Source: Pseudoalteromonas tetraodonis (GTDB lineage Bacteria; Pseudomonadota; Gammaproteobacteria; Enterobacterales; Alteromonadaceae). From it: DNA of 32,000 nucleotides. Shown piece by piece: positions 24,834-32,000 of the stretch (positions are counted from its first letter, which is position 1; each line of letters starts with the position of its first letter). The stretch spans positions 210,001 through 242,000 of the forward strand of contig NZ_CP011042.1 of assembly GCF_002310835.1 (NCBI RefSeq), in the 5' to 3' direction. Made by a program: the position numbers and the translations under genes. The notes below the pieces were generated by a model. It was not told the DNA's origin, made no database searches, and saw nothing but the letters and a program-made list of their open reading frames with translations.

Positions 24834-25691
24834 ATGAAAGATAAACTTATTGTGTTTTGGCAGAGCCATTCAGAAACCATTATCACTTTGGGTTACAAAG
24901 TGGTGTTAGCGTTGGCTATTTTAGTTGCGAGTGCACTTATTGCGCGCTCGGTTAAAAAAGCGATTAAAAACTCTAAGTCGCCATTAAAAAAGGTAGACGA
25001 AACACTTCTGCCGCTGTTATCGAGCATTGCAGGGTATTTAGTTTACATAATTGCTGGGCTGTTTATTTTAGATATTTTTGGCGTTAATACGGCAAGCTTA
25101 ATAGCGCTAATGGGCGCGGCGGGTTTAGCGATTGGTTTGGCGCTTAAAAACACCTTAAGTAATATTGCAGCCGGCATTATGTTATTAATACTTAGGCCAT
25201 TTAAAATAGGCGATTTTGTAGATGCAAGCGGCACGCTTGGCACAGTAAAAGAAATAAACTTATTTACGACCATTTTTAAAACCACCGACGGCCTTTATAT
25301 CGCATCGCCTAACGGTAAAGTATGGGGCGGCAACATTAAAAACTTTACCCGTAACGGTAAAAGGCGTATGGATATAGTGGTGGGAATTTCGTACGCCGAC
25401 TCTATTGATGTAGGCTTAAATGTACTCAAAGAACTCGCCGAATCAGAAAGCCGACTACTCGCAGAGCCTGCACCTAAAGTAATGGTGACCTCAATAGGCG
25501 AAAGCGCAGTAAATATACAATTACGTGCTTGGGCTGTAAATGGCGATTACTGGCAAACTGTGTGGGATTTAAATAAACGCGTTAAAGAGGCCATAGAAGG
25601 CGCGGGGCTGAGTATTCCGTTTCCGCAGCGAACGCTGCATATATCTGAGTCGATGGCATCGGCCCTAACGGTTAATACCAATCCGCAATAA
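24834..25691 (+). CDS. MscS-family small-conductance mechanosensitive channel
   Basis: Three N-terminal TM helices, pore helix GAAGLAIGLALKNTLSNIAAG, then RPFKIGDFV..GTLGTVKEI in the beta domain. ATG 24834 is preferred over the track's GTG 24807. Confidence 0.85.
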   Translation: MKDKLIVFWQSHSETIITLGYKVVLALAILVASALIARSVKKAIKNSKSPLKKVDETLLPLLSSIAGYLVYIIAGLFILDIFGVNTASLIALMGAAGLAIGLALKNTLSNIAAGIMLLILRPFKIGDFVDASGTLGTVKEINLFTTIFKTTDGLYIASPNGKVWGGNIKNFTRNGKRRMDIVVGISYADSIDVGLNVLKELAESESRLLAEPAPKVMVTSIGESAVNIQLRAWAVNGDYWQTVWDLNKRVKEAIEGAGLSIPFPQRTLHISESMASALTVNTNPQ

Positions 25692-25872
25692 TACTTAATC
25701 ATTTTGCGGGGCTAAACGTGTCGCTACCTGCGTTAAAAAATTCTCATTTAGAACAACTAAATAACGAATTTTTTGCCTAGTTATCAACACGTTTTTCCAG
25801 CCTCAAAATAGATCACTTAATTAAGCGAATTGGTATAAAAAACGTTTAAACTCTATTAGCATAAGCACAAAT

Positions 25873-25902
25873 AAAAATAGCGAGCCTTGGCTCGCTATTT
25901 TT
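25873..25902. terminator. Bidirectional rho-independent terminator between the convergent mscS-like and astB genes
   Basis: AAAAATAGCGAG-CCTTGG-CTCGCTATTTTT: a perfect stem flanked by an A-run and a T-run. Confidence 0.7.
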
Positions 25903-25929
25903 ATATTAACCTTTGTGTTGGTTGATGTA

Positions 25930-27276
25930 TTAACCTTCTAATTGAAAGTCGTACACTGAGCCTAAATTAAGCAGTTGGGTTAGTTCATCCAATGCTTGAT
26001 AACTTTCGGTTAATAACGCTGGATCGGCAAAGTCGTTAGCACCGAGTTTATCGCGGTAATGGCGCGTAGCCCAATCACATAATTGGATGTACTTTTGCTC
26101 ATTTAAAATAACCTCTGGATTTACCGCTGCTAATTCTTGGCTATTAAGCGCCACACGTAAACGCAAACAAGCAGGTCCGCCGCCATTTTGCATGCTTTGG
26201 CGTAAATCAAAAAACTGCACTTGATTTATGGGGTTATCGTCAATAATCATTTCTTCAATATACGCTTTTACAGCAGGATTACGCTGGCATTCTTGTGGGG
26301 CAACGAGCAACATTTTATCGTCACTAAGGCTAACCAGTTGGCTATTAAATAAATAGCTACTAACGGCATCTTGAATACTCACTTTGCTGGTTGGCACTTC
26401 AATAATATAAAGCTGTTTGTTACCTACATAGGCTTCGCGGATATCGTCTAATGCTTGCGTTTGATTTAAAAACGCCTGCTGATGGCATAATAAAACATTA
26501 GCGTTACCCACCGCGATTACATCATTATGGAACACCCCTTGGTCAATCACATCAGGGTTTTGTTGTAATAGTATTTGGCTGGTATCTTTTATATTGTGCA
26601 ATCGACAAATGGCTTCAGACGCTTCCAAGGTTTGCCTTGCAGGGAACTTAACGGGTTTAACAAGCTGACTGTTAAAGGCACTTGCACCAAATACAAATAA
26701 TTCTAGCCCGGTTTCACCATGGCTGTCGCACAGGCGAGTATGGTTTGCTGCGCCTTCATCACCAAAAAAACCTTGCTCAGGCAAATGTGAATGGTGTGCA
26801 AAGTATTGTTCGTTATTAAACATCGCTTTGAGCAAACGTGTAGTGGTGTTTGGCTCTAAAGAGCGATGAAATTTATTATTTAGATTAGCCGCAGTGAAGT
26901 GTACTTTGCCGTCGTTAGTATCAGGTGAAGGCGATACGGTGGCTGCATTAGCGGTCCACATGGCTGAGGCAGAGTAACAAGCGCGCAATAAAATAGGATC
27001 GGCTTTAAAGGCTTTATTAATGACTTGTGCATCGTTGCCAGTAAACCCTAAACGCCGCAATACATTTAAATCTGGGCGAGCATGAGGCGCAAATACCCCT
27101 TGGGTTAAGCCTTTATCGCGCATGGCTTTCATTTTAGCCAAGCCCTGCAATACTGCTTCTTGCGGATTTGAAAAGCTCGCCGCGTTATTTAACGAGGCAA
27201 CATTGCCATACGACAAACCTGCGTAGTTGTGAGTAGGGCCGACTAAGCCGTCAAAATTAACTTCTAAAGCATGCAT
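25930..27276 (-). CDS. astB: N-succinylarginine dihydrolase
   Basis: The N-terminus [22 protein letters not shown] and later blocks ([55 protein letters not shown]) match E. coli AstB as I recall it. ATG 27276 is preferred over the track's TTG 27294. Confidence 0.9.
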   Translation of the reverse strand: MHALEVNFDGLVGPTHNYAGLSYGNVASLNNAASFSNPQEAVLQGLAKMKAMRDKGLTQGVFAPHARPDLNVLRRLGFTGNDAQVINKAFKADPILLRACYSASAMWTANAATVSPSPDTNDGKVHFTAANLNNKFHRSLEPNTTTRLLKAMFNNEQYFAHHSHLPEQGFFGDEGAANHTRLCDSHGETGLELFVFGASAFNSQLVKPVKFPARQTLEASEAICRLHNIKDTSQILLQQNPDVIDQGVFHNDVIAVGNANVLLCHQQAFLNQTQALDDIREAYVGNKQLYIIEVPTSKVSIQDAVSSYLFNSQLVSLSDDKMLLVAPQECQRNPAVKAYIEEMIIDDNPINQVQFFDLRQSMQNGGGPACLRLRVALNSQELAAVNPEVILNEQKYIQLCDWATRHYRDKLGANDFADPALLTESYQALDELTQLLNLGSVYDFQLEG

Positions 27277-27661
27277 ACACGTTCCACTAACCAATTAAAT
27301 AGTCTTTTACAATACAACGCTATGACTTAGCTTGCAAAGTCTGTTCAAAAATAGTTTTTAACGCGAGTAGATACGCTCTTTCTCACTGGTGGTATGCGTA
27401 TTTGTTGGCTCATTAACTTGCCACACTGTGATATCTAAGCGCCATAAAAAATAAAGAGTGTTGTATAAATTAGACATAATTTTTTTCCTTGGTGTAACTA
27501 ATGACAATTAAATATAAGGAAGAAGTATGCCAATTGTTTATTGAATATTTTATGAATATAAATCAGATATTTACTATTATTTCTTTAATACCTAGTTTGG
27601 TTGAGGCACCAAATTGGGGGAGTGATTATAAAATATGCACTTTTTTGGTGTGATGTTATAA

Positions 27662-27685
27662 AGCCCTGCATTACATGACAGGGCT
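27662..27685 (-). terminator. Hairpin AGCCCTG-N10-CAGGGCT just past the stop of the beta-propeller gene
   Basis: 7-bp perfect stem read from the sequence, with a short U-tract only. Confidence 0.4.
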
Positions 27686-27705
27686 AGGGTAATTGCGTTA
27701 GGTTA

Positions 27706-28800
27706 TTAACGACCTACTTTACCTTTTACAAGGGGCGTAAACGACATCACTTTAAACTTATTAGGGTTTTGAGTTTTATCATTGCTTAACACCGGCGAGT
27801 TGTGCAAATCGTTTACTGTAAAATATATTTTATGATCTGCACCATAACTAAAGCCATCTGGCCAGCTTAGGCGATCATCTTTAAATAACACTTCATAGTC
27901 GCCATTTGGTTTTACGACGCCAATTGCACCATTGGTTATATCGGTCACATAGACGTTACCGCCCCCATCCACCGTAATGCCGTCGGAAATGGGTTTAGTG
28001 CCGTAGCGCATTACTTTAGCTTCTAGCGCTTTTGCTGAAAGCTGCTCGTTGTTAATTGCGCTGGTGGCAATACGATAAACCGAAGTCCCCGACATTGACC
28101 CAAAGTAAAGCCAGTCTTCGTTAGGATCAAGCGTAATTGGGTTAACACCTAAACGCGCAGGTTGTCCGCCTAGGCGCATTGTTCGGCCATTAATAACCAT
28201 ATCAATATTTTCGGCGGTGGTGTATTGGCTATCTTGTAATACTCTTCGCGCTTCACCGGTTTTTAGGTTTACTATAATAATCGCAGCCTGACTGCCTTGT
28301 GCTGTATCGGCAATGTAAATAACGCCGTGTTTATTATCGATAACTAAATCGTTTAAAAACGAGGTATCGGTAATTGTTGGTTTGGCTAGGTAAATAATTT
28401 TATGCAGTTGCTCTTGGTTGGTATCCCAACCAACTAATCTCCCCGCATGATCAGGCCCTGAGGTATCAAGCATCCACAGTATGCCGTCGCTTGATACATT
28501 AACACCGAGTACCCCGTAAAAGCCTTTACCCTTGTTGTATGCGTAAGCCCATTGCTCATTAGGGTAGGGTTTAGTGGTGCCATCACTTAATAGCTCCATG
28601 ATTTTTTGATTTTGCCCATAAAAACCATGTATAGATAAAAACTTACGGCCAGATGGCGTAATGGCTATGTTGCCAGGCGGGTGTTGTGCATCAAATGTCG
28701 CAACAGTGGTTAATTCACTATTATTGGCAAGTGCTCCATTACTTACCAGTAATGTAATGCTGTAAGTAATAGCAATAAGTCGTTTTTTTAAATGAGTCAT
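27706..28800 (-). CDS. Secreted beta-propeller protein, MRJP/yellow-like (alternatively SMP-30/gluconolactonase-like)
   Basis: Signal peptide (MTHLKKRLIAITYSITLLVSNGALA). Repeated propeller-blade patterns, including DGILWMLDTSG and VIYIADTA..AIIIVNLKTGEARRV, that resemble yellow/MRJP proteins. The family call is from memory. Confidence 0.55.
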   Translation of the reverse strand: MTHLKKRLIAITYSITLLVSNGALANNSELTTVATFDAQHPPGNIAITPSGRKFLSIHGFYGQNQKIMELLSDGTTKPYPNEQWAYAYNKGKGFYGVLGVNVSSDGILWMLDTSGPDHAGRLVGWDTNQEQLHKIIYLAKPTITDTSFLNDLVIDNKHGVIYIADTAQGSQAAIIIVNLKTGEARRVLQDSQYTTAENIDMVINGRTMRLGGQPARLGVNPITLDPNEDWLYFGSMSGTSVYRIATSAINNEQLSAKALEAKVMRYGTKPISDGITVDGGGNVYVTDITNGAIGVVKPNGDYEVLFKDDRLSWPDGFSYGADHKIYFTVNDLHNSPVLSNDKTQNPNKFKVMSFTPLVKGKVGR

Positions 28801-28847
28801 TAATTAACGCCTTGTTTGTTAAGTTATAGCTGGGTAAAGCTGGGTTT

Positions 28848-29282
28848 TTAGTCGGTCAGATCATTGACCACTAAGTCGAGTAACTGCATTAATTGTTGTG
28901 CTTGGGTTGTGTCGATACTGTCAAATTTGCAAAAAATCCTTTTTGGGATGTCGGCAGCTTCAAGTTTTAAAGAGTGACCCGTGTGAGTCAGTTGCACCAA
29001 ACGCTTACGCTTATCGTGTTCGTCTTTTATAACGTTAAGTAATGACTTGTCGGTCATTTTTTTTAATATTTGAGTAAGCGCGCCACCATCAATTGCGGTT
29101 TTATCTATTAGCTCAGCGATAGTTACTTCATCTTGTTCCCACAGCGCCATCATAACAACATACTGAGGATAGGTAAGGTTAAGCTCAGCTAGAGGTTCTC
29201 GATAGGCACGGGCTATGCTGTTGGACGCCATATATAAACGATGGCATAACTGATTTTTTAATTTTAACTGTTCAAACGACAT
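28848..29282 (-). CDS. ohrR: MarR-family organic hydroperoxide sensor/repressor OhrR
   Basis: Conserved sensing Cys context LKNQLCHRLY and a MarR wHTH core. It is divergent from ohr. The start at the internal Met (codon 29280-29282) is preferred because the track's longer ORF would cover the operator palindromes. Confidence 0.8.
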   Translation of the reverse strand: MSFEQLKLKNQLCHRLYMASNSIARAYREPLAELNLTYPQYVVMMALWEQDEVTIAELIDKTAIDGGALTQILKKMTDKSLLNVIKDEHDKRKRLVQLTHTGHSLKLEAADIPKRIFCKFDSIDTTQAQQLMQLLDLVVNDLTD

Positions 29283-29317
29283 CGCTTTATCCTTCATTTC
29301 AATACAGAGTATTTTAG

Positions 29318-29377
29318 TTTGCATGCAAAGTATTTGCAATCGGAATTTAGTTGATCTATTATTTTGCATGCAAAGTA
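29318..29377. promoter_or_regulatory. Two copies of TTTGCATGCAAAGTA (core palindrome TTGCATGCAA) in the ohrR-ohr intergenic region; candidate OhrR operators
   Basis: Identical 15-mers at 29318-29332 and 29363-29377, 45 bp apart, between the divergent genes. Confidence 0.5.
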
Positions 29378-29411
29378 ATTAACTTAGAAATTTTAATCTT
29401 AGGAGTTCACT

Positions 29412-29840
29412 ATGAATGTATTACAAAATGTAGCTTATACAGCAAAAGCAACGGCAACAGGCGGACGTGAAGGCGTTGCTAAATCGGATGATGGTCGTTT
29501 AAATATTAACTTATCAACACCTAAAGGGTTAGGTGGTGACGATGGACAAGGCACTAATCCAGAGCAATTATTTGCAGCAGGTTATGCTGCCTGTTTTATT
29601 GGTGCACTTAAGTTTGTAGCGGGTAGCGAAAAAATTGCGTTACCAAGTGATACTTACATTAACTCTGAAGTGTCTATTGGTGCGATTGATGCCGGTTTTG
29701 GTATTGCTGTAAAATTGGCTGTATCACTAGGTGATATGGACAAAGCAGCGGCACAAGCCTTGGTAGAGAAAGCACATCAAGTATGTCCATATTCAAATGC
29801 AACTCGTGGCAATATTGAAGTAGAGCTGTCGGTTATTTAA
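29412..29840 (+). CDS. ohr: Organic hydroperoxide resistance protein Ohr (OsmC/Ohr family peroxiredoxin)
   Basis: 142 aa. Both catalytic Cys contexts are present (AAGYAACFIGAL and HQVCPYSNATRGNI). SD AGGAG lies upstream. Confidence 0.9.
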   Translation: MNVLQNVAYTAKATATGGREGVAKSDDGRLNINLSTPKGLGGDDGQGTNPEQLFAAGYAACFIGALKFVAGSEKIALPSDTYINSEVSIGAIDAGFGIAVKLAVSLGDMDKAAAQALVEKAHQVCPYSNATRGNIEVELSVI

Positions 29841-29862
29841 TTAACCTCTTTATATTGTTTAT

Positions 29863-29897
29863 AAAAACACGCCATGAGTGATCATTGCGTGTTTTTT
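29863..29897 (+). terminator. Rho-independent terminator of ohr
   Basis: Stem AAAAACACGC / GCGTGTTTTT with an inner ATGA/TCAT extension, followed by a T-run. Confidence 0.8.
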
Positions 29898-29955
29898 ATT
29901 GGGCACACCTCTAAAAGCCAAACTTGAGTTGACGCGGAAAATAGATAACTTTACC

Positions 29956-29981
29956 TGAATATATGAAATTTCATATATTCA
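29956..29981. promoter_or_regulatory. Perfect 26-bp palindrome TGAATATATGAAA|TTTCATATATTCA upstream of arsR; candidate ArsR operator
   Basis: 13+13 perfect inverted repeat read from the sequence. A third half-site, TTTCATATATT, recurs at 30001-30011. Confidence 0.5.
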
Positions 29982-30041
29982 CTATTCCATATGTCTTTCT
30001 TTTCATATATTGTTGTTGTATGCAAAACAAGACTACACTGT

Positions 30042-30398
30042 ATGAATCAACTAAATCCTCTGCATTTTTTTAAATGTATCGCTGACGACACCCGCTTAAA
30101 GACAATACTGCTTATTGCGCATGAAGATGAGTTATGTGTATGTGAATTAGTGGCGGCACTTGATGTAAGCCAGCCTAAAATTTCACGGCATTTAGCTGTA
30201 TTACGTCAATGCGGTTTGCTTGCTGATCGTAAGCAAAATCAATGGGTGTTCTATAGCTTAAATAAATCACTACCTGATTGGGCGAAAGATGTAATTACAA
30301 AAACATTACATGCCACCCCTACATTTTATGAGCATCAATTACAGCGTTTAAATGTGATGGGCAAGCGTCCTCAGCGAATTTTAAAATGCTGTGACTAA
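30042..30398 (+). CDS. arsR: ArsR/SmtB-family arsenic-responsive repressor
   Basis: Metalloid-binding ELCVCEL motif in the wHTH, and DDTRLKILLI-type N-terminus. ATG 30042 is preferred over the track's 29991 start. Confidence 0.85.
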   Translation: MNQLNPLHFFKCIADDTRLKTILLIAHEDELCVCELVAALDVSQPKISRHLAVLRQCGLLADRKQNQWVFYSLNKSLPDWAKDVITKTLHATPTFYEHQLQRLNVMGKRPQRILKCCD

Positions 30399-30414
30399 CT
30401 AAAGGAATTTTATA

Positions 30415-31428
30415 ATGACGATTAAAGTAGGCATAAATGGTTTTGGACGAATCGGACGTTTAACCTTACGAGCGGCAATTGATTGGCCTGAGGTTGAATT
30501 TGTACATGTTAATGATGTGGCTGCTGATGCGAAAACACATGCCCATTTATTAGAATTTGACTCGGTTCACGGGCGCCTAAAATATGAGGTGCAAGCCGAT
30601 GATAATAGTTTTTCTGTAGCAAAGCATACGGTTAAAGTAACGAATAATAAATCGATTGCAGAGACTGACTGGTCACAATGTGATGTGGTGATTGAAGCCA
30701 GCGGTAAAATGAAAACCACAGAATTACTCAACGCTTATTTAGCGCAAGGTGTAAAGCGTGTGGTTGTTACTGCCCCAGTTAAAGAAGAGAGTGTTTTGAA
30801 TGTGGTAATAGGGGTGAACGATCATCTTTATAATCCGCAGTTACATAAAATTGTTACCGCGGCTTCATGCACAACAAATTGTTTAGCGCCTGTGGTAAAA
30901 GTATTGCAAGAAAAAGTAGGGATTAAGCATGGATCCATAACAACGATTCATGACATTACCAACACCCAAACCATTATAGATGCACCTCATAAAGATTTAC
31001 GTCGCGCGCGCTCATGCGGAACAAGTTTAATTCCTACCACTACCGGCAGTGCAACGGCTATTACGCAGATATTCCCTGAACTTAAAGGAAAATTAAACGG
31101 CCATGCGGTTCGAGTCCCCCTAACCAATGCATCAATTACTGATTGCGTGTTTGAACTAGAGCGTGGTGTAACCGAACAAGAAGTGAATGGATGGTTTAAG
31201 CAAGCGGCTAATAACGAGCTAAAAGGCATTTTAGGCTATGAAGAAAAGCCATTGGTATCTATTGATTACAAAACAGACCCTCGTAGCACAATTATAGATG
31301 CGCTTTCGACAATGGTTATAAACCACACTCAACTTAAACTCTATGCTTGGTATGATAATGAATGGGGTTATGCCAACCGGACTGCTGAGCTGATGCTCAA
31401 AGTAGGACAAAGTGATTTAGTAAACTAG
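30415..31428 (+). CDS. Glyceraldehyde-3-phosphate dehydrogenase, ars-cluster-associated paralogue
   Basis: [12 protein letters not shown] motif and catalytic SCTTNCLAP. It sits between arsR and an arsJ-like MFS gene. Confidence 0.9.
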   Translation: MTIKVGINGFGRIGRLTLRAAIDWPEVEFVHVNDVAADAKTHAHLLEFDSVHGRLKYEVQADDNSFSVAKHTVKVTNNKSIAETDWSQCDVVIEASGKMKTTELLNAYLAQGVKRVVVTAPVKEESVLNVVIGVNDHLYNPQLHKIVTAASCTTNCLAPVVKVLQEKVGIKHGSITTIHDITNTQTIIDAPHKDLRRARSCGTSLIPTTTGSATAITQIFPELKGKLNGHAVRVPLTNASITDCVFELERGVTEQEVNGWFKQAANNELKGILGYEEKPLVSIDYKTDPRSTIIDALSTMVINHTQLKLYAWYDNEWGYANRTAELMLKVGQSDLVN

Positions 31429-31443
31429 TTCAGGGTATTGAAG

Positions 31444-32000
31444 ATGTTTTCGCAAATCGCCAATTTACCATCGGCTTTAAAACAGTATGGCATTATTACG
31501 GGTAATTACTGGGCTTTTACACTAACAGATGGCGCACTTCGCATGCTGGTGGTGCTGTATTTTCATCAGTTAGGGTATGGCGCGCTCGCGATTGCCATGC
31601 TGTTTGTGTTTTATGAGTTATTTGGGGTTATTACTAACTTAATTGGCGGTTGGTTAGGTGCGCATTTAGGTTTAAATAAAACCATGAACATAGGATTAGG
31701 GCTGCAAGTTGTGGCCTTAGCTATGTTGTGTGCACCAAGCGATTGGTTATCGGTAAGTTATGTAATGTTAGCGCAAGCCTTAAGTGGGGTTGCCAAAGAT
31801 CTCAATAAAATGAGCGCTAAAAGTGCGATTAAATATTTAGTTCCCGAAGGTGATAATCAGCAAAGCCAATTATACAAATGGATTGCTATATTAACGGGCT
31901 CTAAAAATGCATTAAAAGGAGTTGGCTTCTTTTTAGGGGGGCTATTACTTACTTTACTAGGATTTGTTGGAGCGTTAGTTGCTTTAATTATGCTTTTAAC
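31444..32000 (+). CDS. arsJ: ArsJ-like MFS organoarsenical efflux permease (3' end outside the window)
   Basis: Not in the ORF track because no stop is reached. My own translation from ATG 31444 gives MFSQIANLPSALKQYGIITGNYWAFTLTDGALRMLVVLYFHQLGY..YELFGVITNLIGGW... This is hydrophobic, open to the window end, and resembles ArsJ. Confidence 0.75.
   Translation, partial: MFSQIANLPSALKQYGIITGNYWAFTLTDGALRMLVVLYFHQLGYGALAIAMLFVFYELFGVITNLIGGWLGAHLGLNKTMNIGLGLQVVALAMLCAPSDWLSVSYVMLAQALSGVAKDLNKMSAKSAIKYLVPEGDNQQSQLYKWIAILTGSKNALKGVGFFLGGLLLTLLGFVGALVALIMLL

Noticed and set aside
25930-27276. astB standing alone without astC/A/D/E, considered as a sign of operon decay or transfer.
   Set aside because: The gene is intact, with its own flanking terminator and a long upstream region. 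The rest of the pathway may be encoded elsewhere, and this cannot be judged from one window.
1-32000. Search for CRISPR arrays, tRNA/rRNA genes, IS elements, integrases, and long direct or tandem repeats.
   Set aside because: Reading both strands by eye revealed none. Only short hairpins and operator-like palindromes were seen. A computational repeat or tRNA scan could still reveal small elements I missed.

Overview
The window looks like chromosomal DNA of an AT-rich marine gammaproteobacterium, probably Alteromonadales or Pseudoalteromonas-like; this is inferred from gene content and composition and was not searched. The left edge carries housekeeping genes: a U32 peptidase fragment and the yfhL ferredoxin. 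From about 880 to 16650 lies a roughly 16-kb defence island, entirely on the plus strand. It holds (1) a complete type I R-M system, hsdM-hsdS-hsdR. It holds (2) a translationally coupled three-gene module: an unknown 419-aa protein, a two-HKD PLD-family nuclease and an SNF2-family helicase. It holds (3), the most unusual part, a wHTH-WYL regulator followed by three genes. These are a divergent but full-length FtsZ paralogue, a small DHDLG-motif receiver-fold protein, and a sirtuin-type SIR2 protein. The FtsZ paralogue keeps its GTPase motifs, T7 loop and FtsA/ZipA-binding C-terminal peptide. The SIR2 protein keeps its NAD-binding and catalytic motifs but has no Zn-ribbon cysteines. I know of no described system pairing an FtsZ/tubulin GTPase with SIR2, and I flag it as the best candidate for a new NAD-centred anti-phage/conflict system. 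To the right of the island are ordinary genes:
- a membrane TlpA-like thioredoxin;
- a TonB-dependent receptor broken by one in-frame TGA;
- a decayed tandem-receiver response regulator;
- a PAS-GGDEF-EAL protein, an SDR, an MscS channel and astB;
- a secreted beta-propeller protein;
- the ohrR/ohr pair;
- an arsR-gapdh-arsJ arsenate cluster that runs off the window.

I saw no rRNA, tRNA, CRISPR array, integrase or transposase.
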